From NCBI GenBank assembly GCA_028869095.1, contig JAGWTE010000001.1:1-48735 (forward strand): a stretch of 48,735 nucleotides of DNA. Reading direction: 5' to 3'. Position 1 is the stretch's first letter, and the number at the start of each line of letters is the position of its first letter. Shown here piece by piece: positions 11,305 through 21,238 of this stretch. The notes below the pieces were generated by a model, which was not told the origin of the DNA, did no database searches, and saw nothing but the letters and a program-made list of their open reading frames with translations. The DNA comes from Burkholderiales bacterium (GTDB lineage Bacteria > Pseudomonadota > Gammaproteobacteria > Burkholderiales > Burkholderiaceae_C). The translations under genes and the position numbers were made by a program.

Positions 11305-11772
11305 ATGCAAGTAACCGAGCTGATCCAGGCGATTCAGACGCTGAACACGGAAGACGCGTTCCGACCCCGGTTGGACCCGCAGCAGTGGCGTACGTTTGGC
11401 CAATATCTGACGCGGCATGAGTTGCGGTCGGGGGATCTGCTGGTCAAGCAAGGCGACCATGACCGCACGGTGTACTTTTTGGGACAGGGTTCTTTGCAGG
11501 TGTTTGTGACGGGCCTGGCCCCTGGCGCCTCCCGCATTGCCATCTTGCGCCCGGGCGCGATGATCGGTGAGCCCGGTCTGTTTGCCGATGGGCCCCGTAC
11601 GGCCAACGTGGAGGCCATGACACCGTGTGTGGTGTTTGCCTTGCGCCTGCCCCGGTATGAAGAATTGGCGGCTCGGGTGCCTTCAGTGGCGGTCGAGGTG
11701 GTGCGTGCAGCCGGTGCAGTGATGGCGGTGCGCATGCGCGCCAACATGATGCGTCACATTCCCTCGGCATGA
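11305..11772 (+). CDS. Stand-alone cyclic-nucleotide-binding domain protein
   Basis: QGD...GEPGLFADGPRTANV phosphate-binding cassette; no HTH. Start may be 11281, 11290 or 11305. Confidence 0.8.
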   Translation: MQVTELIQAIQTLNTEDAFRPRLDPQQWRTFGQYLTRHELRSGDLLVKQGDHDRTVYFLGQGSLQVFVTGLAPGASRIAILRPGAMIGEPGLFADGPRTANVEAMTPCVVFALRLPRYEELAARVPSVAVEVVRAAGAVMAVRMRANMMRHIPSA

Positions 11773-12842
11773 TGATGACGGTGGCCTCCGGTGTTCGTCG
11801 GCCCACCATTTTGGTGGCCGACGACTCGCCTCAGAACATCGAGCTTTTGTCTCGGGTCCTGGGGCAGGAGTACCGCATCAAGGTGGCCACGTCGGGCGAC
11901 AAGGCCCTGAAGATCGCCTATTCGGACGAGCCGCCGGATCTGATCTTGCTGGACATCATGATGCCTGACTTGAGCGGGCACGAGGTGTGCCGCCGGATCA
12001 AGGCCAATCCTGATCGCCGCCGCATTCCGATCATTTTTGTCACGGCCATGTCGACCGTGGAAGACGAAACCCTGGGCCTGGCCATTGGCGCGGTGGACTA
12101 CATCACCAAGCCCATCAGCCCGCCTTTGGTGCAGGCACGGGTGCGCACGCATCTGGCCTTGTACGACCAGACGCGCGAGTTGGAGCGCATGGTGGCGCAG
12201 CGCACCAGTGAGTTGGTGGCCACCCGCCAGCAGATCGTGCGCCGCTTGGGGCGGGCTTCGGAGTTCAAGGACAACGAGACGGGCAACCATGTGATCCGCA
12301 TGAGCCACATTGCCCGGCTGATTGCGCAGCAAGCGGGCTTGGGCCCAGAGTCGGTGCAGTTGCTGTTTCAGACGGCGGCCATGCACGATGTGGGCAAGAT
12401 CGGCATCCCGGATCAGATTTTGCTCAAGCCCGGTCCCTTGACCGATGAAGAGCGCAAGGTCGTCCAGACCCATCCTCAGATCGGGGCTGACATCATTGGA
12501 AAGCATGACAATGAACTGTTGGCCACGGCCCGCGTCATTGCCTTGACCCACCATGAGCGTTGGGATGGTACGGGCTACCCGCAAGGGCTCAAAGGGGACC
12601 AGATCCCCTTGATGGGGCGCATTGTGGCCATTGCCGATGTGTTTGACGCCCTGGTCAACAAGCGGCCGTACAAAGAGGCGCTGCCCGTGTCACAAGCCCT
12701 GGCCATCATGGCCGAAGAGCGGGGCAAGCTGTTTGACCCGCATTTGCTCGACTGCTTCTTCCAGCAGCAGTTCGAGGTCCTCAAGATCATGGACCTGTAC
12801 TCGGATGAGCGAGAGCCCATGATCGACGCTTCACCCTTGTGA
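11769..12842 (+). CDS. REC-HD-GYP response regulator (RpfG-like c-di-GMP phosphodiesterase)
   Basis: ILLDIMMP, TKP; HDVGKIG, HHERWDGTGYP, IADVFDAL, RPYK. Confidence 0.92.
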   Translation: MMMTVASGVRRPTILVADDSPQNIELLSRVLGQEYRIKVATSGDKALKIAYSDEPPDLILLDIMMPDLSGHEVCRRIKANPDRRRIPIIFVTAMSTVEDETLGLAIGAVDYITKPISPPLVQARVRTHLALYDQTRELERMVAQRTSELVATRQQIVRRLGRASEFKDNETGNHVIRMSHIARLIAQQAGLGPESVQLLFQTAAMHDVGKIGIPDQILLKPGPLTDEERKVVQTHPQIGADIIGKHDNELLATARVIALTHHERWDGTGYPQGLKGDQIPLMGRIVAIADVFDALVNKRPYKEALPVSQALAIMAEERGKLFDPHLLDCFFQQQFEVLKIMDLYSDEREPMIDASPL

Positions 12843-12850
12843 GCCTGGCC

Positions 12851-15800
12851 TCATAGCTGGCTCAAGGCTTCGGCGGCCTCGTCAAAATCGTATTGCTCCA
12901 GGGCTTTCTTGAGCCGCTGGATGACGCGGGCGTGTTGCAGTTCGGGCCAGCCTTGCAGAACTTCTTGCAGGACGTCGCTGGCTTGCGCTTCGTTGTCGGC
13001 AATCAGCTGAGCCAGGCGGGTCCAGTAAGGGCGCAGATTGGGGTCATGTGCCAGATCGGGGTTGACGGGGGTGCTGGGGACCTCATCCTGGGCGGCCAGC
13101 AGTTGATCGATGTCGGCCAGCACCAGGGGCAATTCACTCAAGACTTGCTTGAATGCGGGCTGGTGGTCTTCGCCATTGTGCAGGGCTTGTTCCAGGTCGC
13201 TGGCGGCGGTCAGCAGTTTCTTGGCGCCGATGTTGCCAGCCAGTCCCTTGAGGGTGTGGGTGACATGCAGGGCCATTTCGGTGTCGTTGCTGGCTTGCTG
13301 GAAGCGCTCACCAAAGTCTTGCTGGGTCTTGGCAAAGCCTTTGACCAGGCGGCGGTACAGGTCGATGTTGCCCATGCAACGGGCCAGGCCATCGCTGGCA
13401 TCCAGGGCGGCGGTCAGGGGGATGCCGTTCTCGCGACGGGGCTGGACGGCCAGGCCCATGGCGGGTTTGGCCGGGATGATCCAGCGCGCCATGATGGTGA
13501 ACATCTGGTTGAGGTCCAGCGGCTTGGTGATGTGGTCGTTCATGCCCGATTGCAGGACGCGTTCGCGGTCTGCGGCCATGGCACTGGCCGTCATGGCGAT
13601 GATGGGCAGGTTGGCCCACTGTTCTTCGGCACGGATGCGTTGGGAGGCGGTGTAGCCGTCCATGACGGGCATCTGGCAGTCCATCAGCACGCCATCGAAG
13701 GGGCCTTCGTTGTGCAGCTTGTCGAGCGCCTCTTTGCCGTTCAGAGCCGTGGCCACGGTCAGGCCGGCACGTTCCAGCAGGTCGCAGGCCAGCTCTTGGT
13801 TCAAGGGCTGGTCTTCTACCAACAGGACACGGGCCCCGGCCAGTTGTCTCTGGGCTTTTTGCAGGATTTTGTTGGTGTTGCGGACGGTGGGCGCGGGGGC
13901 CAACTCTTGTCCCAGGGAATGGGCCAGGGTGTCCAGCAGGGTCGAGGGGGTCACGGGCTTGGTGATGACACCGGCCAGGCCCACGCCTTCGGCGGCCTTG
14001 ACGGCTTCGTCACGCGCAAAGGCGGTGACCAGCAGGACGCAGGGGCGGTGCTCGGGCGGCATGGCCAGGGCTTGCTTGGCAAAGGTGATGCCGTCCATGC
14101 CGGGCATCTTCCAGTCGGTCAGCAAGATGTGGTGGGGGCGCTGGGCCTGTTGGGCTTGTTCCATCAAGGCCAGGGCTTGCTCGCCACTGCCGGCCACGTC
14201 GACGTTCAGGCCCAGGCGGCGGGTCATTTCGCCCAGCACCTCGCGTGCGGCGGGGTTGTCGTCGACCAGGAGGGCGCGTTTGTCTTTGAGCTCGCTGGCC
14301 AGCAGGGCACGTCGGTTGCTGGCTTGTTGCTGGATGCCGAAGCGGGCGGTGAAGTGGAAGGTGGAGCCATGGCCAGCTTGGCTGTCCACCCAGATCTGGC
14401 CGTTCATCAGCTCGGTGAGCTGGCGCGAGATGGTCAGGCCCAGGCCGGTGCCGCCAAACTGGCGGGTGGTGGAGCTGTCGCCTTGCGTGAAGGGCTGGAA
14501 GAGGCGGTCCAGTTGTTCGGTGCTCATGCCGATGCCGGTGTCGCGAATCCAGAAGTGCAGGGTCACCTCTTGGGGCTCCATGCGCTGAACTTCGCAGCCA
14601 ATGAGGATCTCGCCTTGGGCGGTGAATTTGATGGCGTTGTTGCCCAGGTTGATCAGAATCTGGCCCAGGCGGGTGGGGTCGCCAATGAGGGAAGTGGGGA
14701 TGTCGGGTGGTGCGGTGAACAGCAGCTCCAGGCCCTTTTCTTCGGCCTTGACGCCCAGGACGTCGGCCATGTTGCTGACGACGGCCTCCAGCTGGAACTC
14801 GGTGGTCTCCAGCTCCAGCTTGCCCGACTCGATCTTGGAGACGTCCAGCACGTCGTTGAGGATCTGCAGCAGGTTGCCCGCTGCGCGGTGTGCCTTGTCG
14901 ACGTAGTTGCGGGCCCGTTCGGGCAGCTCGTCCATCAAGGCCAGGTGGGTCATGCCCAGCACGGCGTTCATGGGCGTGCGGATTTCGTGGCTCATGTTGG
15001 CCAGGAAGCGGGACTTGGTCAGGGCGGCGGTCTCGGCAGCCTGTTGCGCGGCCAAGGTGGCGGCTTCGGCCAGCTTGCGTGCGGTGATGTCCTGGATGAT
15101 GGCGCAGACTTGTTTCTTGCCGTCGTGCTCGAAGGGGATGGCGACGATGTCTGCATCGAACACCTGGCCGTCCAGGCGGCTGTGCTTCCACTCGAAGGTG
15201 GTGATCTGGCCTTCGCCGATGCGGCTCAGGATGCCTTGCAGCCTGGCCGCCAGGACCTGGTCATCAGGGGCCATGGCGGGACTCAGGGGGGGCAGTTGGG
15301 GTTTGCGTCCAATCAGGTCCTGCTCGGTCCGGGCCCCGAACATGGTCAGGGCGGCGGGGTTGCAGCGTGTGGCAGACAGGGTTTCGTCAAAGAACAGGAA
15401 GCTGAACGGCGCATGGTCAAAGACGGCTTGCGAGCGGGCTTCGACGTTTTTGCGCTCGGTGATGTCAGCCCAGAAACCGTTGAAGGTGGTGCTGCCATCC
15501 GCATGGGTGGTGGCCAGGCTTTCACAGCGAAGCCAGACATGCCGGTGGCGCAGTTTGAGCGGGAACTCGATGGCCTGGGTGGGCGGCAGCGGTGGCTGGA
15601 GTTGCGCCATCCGCCAGGCCCAGGTGGGGTCTTGTTCCAAATCGGCTTGGGTCAGGCCCAACAGGTTCTGCAAGCCGCCACCGATGAAGGTGAAGTGTCC
15701 GATGCCGGTCAAGGGCTGGTGGTAGCGGAACACGGTCAAGGGCAGGGCGTGGGCCATGTCCTCCAGTTCTTGCTGGGCATGGGTCAGGTCCTGAATGCGT

Positions 15801-16843
15801 TGGGCCCGCTGGTTGCGAAAGCCCATGAAGGCATAGCCCATGAACAGGACCAGCAGCATGCCTGAGCCCCAGCCGGCGATGACGGCGTTCTCGCCCTCCA
15901 TCGGGATCAGGGTCCAGACGTTCAAATGCCCATAGTCCAGCGGTGAGGACAAGGCCAGGTAGCGTTGCCCGCCCTTGGTGATGGCCATGATGGGTTTGCC
16001 GCGCACGTTCAGGGTTGCGGTCTCCCAACCCAGGTCACGTGGGACGCGCTGGTACAGGTTGAGGTAGCCCGCATCGTTCATGGCTTGCGATGTGGGGGTG
16101 ACGATGCGGCCCAGCAGGTCGGCGTTCTGGTTGGTCATCAGGACCACGCCTTGTGCATCGGTGACAAACAGATGACGCTGCAGGTCGCCAAACAGATGCA
16201 TCAAGGCTTGCGGGTCTTGCCGCACCACCACCACGCCCATCGGCTCGCTGGCATCGCCCATGCGGGCAGAAAAATAAAAGCCCGGCACTTTGTTGATGCG
16301 GCCGACCAGGAACTGCGTGCCGCTGCCGCTTTCCACCGCATCGGTGAAGTACTGGCGGGTGCGGCGATTGGCGCCCAGGTTGGTCACCGGGGTGTTGATC
16401 AGGCTGTCGGCCACGATGGTGCCGTAGGGATCGGTCACATAGATCTGCGTGACCTGAAAGTCCATGGCGGTTTCGTACAGGATGCCGCTGATCGATTTGA
16501 TCTCGGGGCGCTGGCTCATGGCCTTGGTCAGTTGCACCCGGTCGGCATCGGACATCGTGGAGGCCCACTCGATGCGCAGACGTGACAGAAAGGTCGACAC
16601 ATTGCTTTGGCGTCCCAGCGCACGCGGCAAGGCGCTGAGTTGCTGGAAGGTCACGGCCAGGGATTCGTGCAGGCTGTTGAGGCGGTGTTGCCCGGCCTGG
16701 ATTTGCTCATAGCGGTGTCGATCCAGTTGTTCGTGGATCAGCCACACCGCAGTGGCGGCGACCAGCAAGGTCCAGGCCACGGTGTAACGTGTCAGACGGT
16801 TGGTGACTACTGACAGCGCTTTTTTCGCACTGGCTCGTTCCAT
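12851..16843 (-). CDS. Membrane hybrid histidine kinase (Cache-like sensor, PAS, HisKA, HATPase, 2 REC, Hpt)
   Basis: Two TM segments; FLANMSHEIRTPMN, NLGNNAIKFT, DTGIG, GGTGLGL; TDWKMPGMDG, MDCQMPVMDG; HTLKGLAGNIGA. Confidence 0.93.
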   Translation of the reverse strand: MERASAKKALSVVTNRLTRYTVAWTLLVAATAVWLIHEQLDRHRYEQIQAGQHRLNSLHESLAVTFQQLSALPRALGRQSNVSTFLSRLRIEWASTMSDADRVQLTKAMSQRPEIKSISGILYETAMDFQVTQIYVTDPYGTIVADSLINTPVTNLGANRRTRQYFTDAVESGSGTQFLVGRINKVPGFYFSARMGDASEPMGVVVVRQDPQALMHLFGDLQRHLFVTDAQGVVLMTNQNADLLGRIVTPTSQAMNDAGYLNLYQRVPRDLGWETATLNVRGKPIMAITKGGQRYLALSSPLDYGHLNVWTLIPMEGENAVIAGWGSGMLLVLFMGYAFMGFRNQRAQRIQDLTHAQQELEDMAHALPLTVFRYHQPLTGIGHFTFIGGGLQNLLGLTQADLEQDPTWAWRMAQLQPPLPPTQAIEFPLKLRHRHVWLRCESLATTHADGSTTFNGFWADITERKNVEARSQAVFDHAPFSFLFFDETLSATRCNPAALTMFGARTEQDLIGRKPQLPPLSPAMAPDDQVLAARLQGILSRIGEGQITTFEWKHSRLDGQVFDADIVAIPFEHDGKKQVCAIIQDITARKLAEAATLAAQQAAETAALTKSRFLANMSHEIRTPMNAVLGMTHLALMDELPERARNYVDKAHRAAGNLLQILNDVLDVSKIESGKLELETTEFQLEAVVSNMADVLGVKAEEKGLELLFTAPPDIPTSLIGDPTRLGQILINLGNNAIKFTAQGEILIGCEVQRMEPQEVTLHFWIRDTGIGMSTEQLDRLFQPFTQGDSSTTRQFGGTGLGLTISRQLTELMNGQIWVDSQAGHGSTFHFTARFGIQQQASNRRALLASELKDKRALLVDDNPAAREVLGEMTRRLGLNVDVAGSGEQALALMEQAQQAQRPHHILLTDWKMPGMDGITFAKQALAMPPEHRPCVLLVTAFARDEAVKAAEGVGLAGVITKPVTPSTLLDTLAHSLGQELAPAPTVRNTNKILQKAQRQLAGARVLLVEDQPLNQELACDLLERAGLTVATALNGKEALDKLHNEGPFDGVLMDCQMPVMDGYTASQRIRAEEQWANLPIIAMTASAMAADRERVLQSGMNDHITKPLDLNQMFTIMARWIIPAKPAMGLAVQPRRENGIPLTAALDASDGLARCMGNIDLYRRLVKGFAKTQQDFGERFQQASNDTEMALHVTHTLKGLAGNIGAKKLLTAASDLEQALHNGEDHQPAFKQVLSELPLVLADIDQLLAAQDEVPSTPVNPDLAHDPNLRPYWTRLAQLIADNEAQASDVLQEVLQGWPELQHARVIQRLKKALEQYDFDEAAEALSQL

Positions 16844-16925
16844 GGCATCCCCTTCCTGGGGAATTGAGTGTGCCCGGTTTGCGAAAGCCGGCCTAGGGGG
16901 CGCAACCCCTTGGGATGGGCATTTT

Positions 16926-18944
16926 TCAACCTTTGAGCAACAAGCTGGCAGCCCGGCTGAGGTCTTGCGGCCGGCCGGAAATCACCAAGGTGTCACCTTC
17001 TTGCAAGGGTAGATCGTCGCGAGGATCGATCACCGCACCGTGGGCGCGACGCACGGACACGACGGTTACCTGGCTCAGGTCTGGCTCGCTCAGAACCTGG
17101 CCCAGGACTTGGCCGACGCAGGCGGAATCTTGGGTCAAAGTGACCGAAGACAGTCGCTGCAACTCCAGCTCATCGACGCTGTCGTCGTCGGCCCCGTGGA
17201 AGTAGCCCCGCAACAAACCATAGCGCGCCGCACGCTGGTCCTGCACCAGGCGGAAAACGCGTCGGATGGGCACGCCAACCAAAGCCAGAGCCTGCGAGGC
17301 CAGCATCAGCGAGCCTTCAATGGCTTCGGGCACCACGACGGTGGCACCTGCGGCTTGCAGCTCATCCAGGCTGGCGTCATCGATGGTGCGCACCACCACC
17401 GGCACATGGGGCGAATGTTGTTGCACCTGCCGCAGGATCCGGCGCGCGGACGCCGTGTTGGGGTAGGTCACGACCACGGCTGCCGCGCGCGACAAGCCCG
17501 CAGCGCTGAGGCTTTGCAAACGGCTGGCGTCGCCAAAGACGACGTTCTGCCCGGCGGCGGCGGCCTGGTGCACGCGGTCGGGGTCCAGGTCCAAGGCCAT
17601 GTAGGGAATGCGCTCTTTGGCGAGCAGGCGCGCCAGGTTCTGGCCACTGCGTCCATAGCCACAGATCAGCACATGCTTTTCGGTGTTGATGGCCTTGGAC
17701 GCAATCTTGGTCATGGCCAGCGATTGCATCAGCCAGTCGGTGGACGACAGGCGCATGACGATGCGGTTGCTGTACAGGATGATGAAGGGCGTGGCCAGCA
17801 TGGACAGCACCATCGCGGCCAGCAGCGGGCTTTGCACGCTCTGGGGCAGCAAATGGTTGTCGGTGGCCAGGGACAGGAGCACGAAGCCGAACTCGCCGGC
17901 CTGAGCCAGATACAGGCCCGTGCGCAAGGCCACACCCGTGCTGGCCCCGAACAGCTTGGACAAGGTGGTGACAACCCCGGCCTTGAAGAGCACCGGCAGG
18001 GTGGTCAGCGTCAGCACCAGGGCCCACTGGTCGACCACGCTGTGCCAGTCCAGCTTCATGCCGATGGTGATGAAGAACAGGCCCAGCAGCACGTCATGGA
18101 AGGGGCGGATGTCGGTTTCGACCTGGGGCTTGTATTCGGTCTCGGCGATCAGCATGCCGGCGATGAAAGCGCCCAGGGCCAGCGACAGGCCAAAGTGTTC
18201 GGTCAAGGCAGCCAGGCCCAGGGTGACGAACAAGAGGTTGAGCATGAACAGCTCTTCACTCTTGCGGCGTGCCACCAGGGTGAACCAGGCATGCATCACC
18301 CTGGGGCCGCCGGCCAGCAGCACGGTCAACACCAGGCTCGCCTTGAGGGCGGCCAGGCCCAGGGTATGGGTCAACTCGCGGGTGCTGCCGTCCAGGGCGG
18401 GGATCAGGACCAGCAAAGGCACCACGGCCAGATCCTGGAACAGCAAAATGCCCATGACCCGGCGGCCGTGTTCGGACTCCAGCTCCAGCCGCTCGGCCAT
18501 CAGCTTGCCCACGATGGCGGTGCTGCTCATGGCCAGGGCGCCACCCAGTGCCACGGCGCTCTGCCAGTCGATGCCCCAGCCCAACAGGCCGCCCTGGTGT
18601 CCCAAATGGGTCAAGACATAGCTCAGGCTGAGGTGTCCCACCACCGTGGCCAGCATCGTGACCCCGACCTGGCTGAAGCCCAGGCCAAACACCAGGGACT
18701 TCATGCTCTTGAGCTTGGGCAGGTTGAACTCCAGCCCGATCACGAACATCAGGAAGACCACCCCGAACTCGGCCAGATAGCGCACCCCGGCGGAGTCTTT
18801 GGCCAAAGCCAGGGCATTGGGCCCGATCAGCACCCCCACGGCCAAATAGCCCAACATGGCGGGCAGACGCAACATGCGGCACAAGACCACACCCACGACG
18901 GCGGCAAACAGGTAAAGCAGCGTGAGGTCGAGCGTGGTGGCCAT
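16926..18944 (-). CDS. CPA2-family cation:proton antiporter (Kef-like) with TrkA-N and TrkA-C domains
   Basis: LAEFGVVFLMFVIGLEF, LAMSSTAIV, ILLFQD, QAGEFGFV, ICGYGRSG, FGDAS. Confidence 0.92.
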   Translation of the reverse strand: MATTLDLTLLYLFAAVVGVVLCRMLRLPAMLGYLAVGVLIGPNALALAKDSAGVRYLAEFGVVFLMFVIGLEFNLPKLKSMKSLVFGLGFSQVGVTMLATVVGHLSLSYVLTHLGHQGGLLGWGIDWQSAVALGGALAMSSTAIVGKLMAERLELESEHGRRVMGILLFQDLAVVPLLVLIPALDGSTRELTHTLGLAALKASLVLTVLLAGGPRVMHAWFTLVARRKSEELFMLNLLFVTLGLAALTEHFGLSLALGAFIAGMLIAETEYKPQVETDIRPFHDVLLGLFFITIGMKLDWHSVVDQWALVLTLTTLPVLFKAGVVTTLSKLFGASTGVALRTGLYLAQAGEFGFVLLSLATDNHLLPQSVQSPLLAAMVLSMLATPFIILYSNRIVMRLSSTDWLMQSLAMTKIASKAINTEKHVLICGYGRSGQNLARLLAKERIPYMALDLDPDRVHQAAAAGQNVVFGDASRLQSLSAAGLSRAAAVVVTYPNTASARRILRQVQQHSPHVPVVVRTIDDASLDELQAAGATVVVPEAIEGSLMLASQALALVGVPIRRVFRLVQDQRAARYGLLRGYFHGADDDSVDELELQRLSSVTLTQDSACVGQVLGQVLSEPDLSQVTVVSVRRAHGAVIDPRDDLPLQEGDTLVISGRPQDLSRAASLLLKG

Positions 18945-18997
18945 GTTGTCCCTAGAATCCCCTGATCGTACCCGGCAGACAGACAGGTTTGAACAAG

Positions 18998-20014
18998 ATG
19001 CTTCCAACGACAATCATGCAAGTGCCCGAAGAGGGCCGCATCGGCATCGTGGCCCTGGCCACCCAGGCTTTGGACATTGAGGCCAAGGCTCTGCTGGACC
19101 TGAAAGCGCGCCTGGACGGCCCCAGCGGCCAGGCTTTTGCCCAGGCTGTGCGCGTGGTGCTGGCCTGCCAGGGCCGCCTGGTGGTGATGGGCATGGGCAA
19201 GAGCGGCCACGTGGGCCGCAAGATCGCGGCCACGCTGGCCTCGACCGGCACCCCGGCCATGTTCGTGCACCCGGCCGAAGCCCACCATGGGGACTTGGGC
19301 ATGGTGACCCCGGGGGATGTGGTGCTGGCCATCTCCAACTCCGGTGAAAGTGAAGAGTTGACGGCCTTGCTGCCCGTGCTCAAGCGCTTGGGCGTGCCGC
19401 TGCTGGCCATGACCGGTCGTGCTGAATCGGCCTTGGGCCGCTACGCCGACGTGGTGCTGGACAGCGCCGTCGCACAAGAAGCCTGCCCGCTCAACCTGGC
19501 CCCCACGGCCTCGACCACCACCCAAATGGCCTTGGGCGACGCCCTGGCCGTGGCCTTGCTCGAATTGCGCGGCTTCAAAGCCGAAGACTTCGCCCGCTCG
19601 CACCCCGGCGGCTCGCTGGGCCGCAAGCTGCTGACCCATTTGAAGGACGTGATGCGTTCGGGCGACGCGGTCCCTCGCGTCGGCCCCCAAGCCGGTTTTG
19701 GCGAGTTGATGGGCGAGATGAGCGCCAAGGGCCTGGGCGCCGCCGCAGTCGTGGACGATGCCGGACGCGTGCTGGGCGTGTTCACCGACGGCGACTTGCG
19801 CCGCAAGATCGAAGCCGGTGTCGACCTGCGTGCCGTCCAGGCTGGCGAGGTCATGACCGCTGGCCCGCGCACCATCCGCGACGACGTGCTGGCCGCCGAG
19901 GCCGTGTCCCTGATGGAAACCTACCGCATCAACGTGCTGCTGGTGGTCGACGCCAACGGCGCGCTGGTGGGTGCCGTCAACACCAACGACCTGATGCGGG
20001 CCAAGGTGATTTGA
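18998..20014 (+). CDS. kdsD: Arabinose-5-phosphate isomerase (SIS plus CBS)
   Basis: GMGKSGHVGRKIAATLASTGTP, HGDLG, APTASTT, HPGG; followed by kdsC. Start uncertain. Confidence 0.93.
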   Translation: MLPTTIMQVPEEGRIGIVALATQALDIEAKALLDLKARLDGPSGQAFAQAVRVVLACQGRLVVMGMGKSGHVGRKIAATLASTGTPAMFVHPAEAHHGDLGMVTPGDVVLAISNSGESEELTALLPVLKRLGVPLLAMTGRAESALGRYADVVLDSAVAQEACPLNLAPTASTTTQMALGDALAVALLELRGFKAEDFARSHPGGSLGRKLLTHLKDVMRSGDAVPRVGPQAGFGELMGEMSAKGLGAAAVVDDAGRVLGVFTDGDLRRKIEAGVDLRAVQAGEVMTAGPRTIRDDVLAAEAVSLMETYRINVLLVVDANGALVGAVNTNDLMRAKVI

Positions 20015-20015
20015 G

Positions 20016-20615
20016 ATGCGCAAGATCCAGCCCACAGTGAGTTTTGACGCGGCCCTGAAGCCCAAGGCCTCGCGCATCAAGGCCGCCATTTTTGATGTGG
20101 ACGGCGTGCTGACCGATGGCACCCTGTTCATCAGCGAAGGCGGTGAAACGCTCAAAGCCTTCAACGCCTTGGATGGTCATGGCATGAAGCTGTTGGCCCA
20201 AGGCGGCATCACCCCCATCGTGATCACGGGGCGCGATTCACCGGCCGTGCGTCGTCGCTTGAAAGACCTGGGCCTGACCCATGCCGTGTTCGGCGCCCAT
20301 GACAAGCTGGCTGCGGCCACGCCCTTGCTGGCGTCACTGGGCGTGCAGTGGGACGAGTTGGCCGTGATGGGCGACGACTGGCCCGACCTGCCTTTGCTGG
20401 TGCGTGCCGGCATGGCCCTGGCCCCGGCCAATGCCCATGCCGAGGTCAAAGCCCTGGCCGACTACACCAGCGCCCTGCGCGGCGGACAAGGCTTTGCGCG
20501 CGAATGCTGTGACCTGCTGCTGTGGGCCACCGGGCGTTACGAGGCCTTGCTGCATGGCCATCTGCAAACCCTGGACACCAATGTGCAGGGTGGACCGCAA
20601 GAGGGCCGCGCATGA
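20016..20615 (+). CDS. kdsC: KDO-8-phosphate phosphatase
   Basis: DVDGVLTDG, ITGR, MGDDWPD HAD motifs. Confidence 0.93.
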   Translation: MRKIQPTVSFDAALKPKASRIKAAIFDVDGVLTDGTLFISEGGETLKAFNALDGHGMKLLAQGGITPIVITGRDSPAVRRRLKDLGLTHAVFGAHDKLAAATPLLASLGVQWDELAVMGDDWPDLPLLVRAGMALAPANAHAEVKALADYTSALRGGQGFARECCDLLLWATGRYEALLHGHLQTLDTNVQGGPQEGRA

Positions 20616-21238
20616 CCTTGTTCGAGCGGGCGGTGGCCCAACTCCAGGCCAATTTGCCGATGCTGCTGGCCGCGGGCCTGGCGGGCTTCACCTGGTGGTT
20701 GATCCAGGCCTCGCCCAAAGACATGGGGCCACCCCGCCCGACGCGGGTGTCGACCCGCCCCGACTACGAACTCAGTGAAGCCACGGTGGCCCGCTTTGAT
20801 CCGCAAGGCCGTTTGCAAGCGGTGGTCGACGGCCAGGCCATTCGCCATTACCCGGTCGAGGACGAATTGCAGATCGATGCCATGGTCTTGTCGGCCCGCG
20901 ATGAAAAGGGTCAAGCCCTGCATGCCGTGGCCCGGGAAGGGCAAGCCAATGGGCGTGCCGAGGTGGTGGTGATCAAAGGCGGAGCCAAAGTGGTGGCCAC
21001 GCCGGCCTCCAGCGCCAACCCGATCGTGGGCGGCAAGGCCTTGCGTGGCCCGGTCCGTTTGAGCGGCGAGATCTTTCGGGTCGACACCCAAGCCCATGTG
21101 TTGACCTCGGACCAACCCGTGACCTTGCAACACGAGAGCGGCGAGATCCACGGCGACCAACTGCGCTATGAACAGCAAACAGGCATCACCGAGCTCCAGG
21201 GGCGCGTGAAGGGCTTTTATGAAGGAGCCCCGCGGTGA
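20612..21238 (+). CDS. lptC: LPS export protein LptC
   Basis: N-terminal TM, PDY motif, SDQPV, L.GRVKG; follows kdsD-kdsC. Confidence 0.85.
   Translation: MTLFERAVAQLQANLPMLLAAGLAGFTWWLIQASPKDMGPPRPTRVSTRPDYELSEATVARFDPQGRLQAVVDGQAIRHYPVEDELQIDAMVLSARDEKGQALHAVAREGQANGRAEVVVIKGGAKVVATPASSANPIVGGKALRGPVRLSGEIFRVDTQAHVLTSDQPVTLQHESGEIHGDQLRYEQQTGITELQGRVKGFYEGAPR

Noticed and set aside
12893-15865. 990-aa + strand ORF and similar long antisense ORFs (6040-7575, 17040-18965, 26019-27242, 30319-31902, 36997-38580)
   Set aside because: Each lies opposite a well-supported gene and shows no recognisable motifs.
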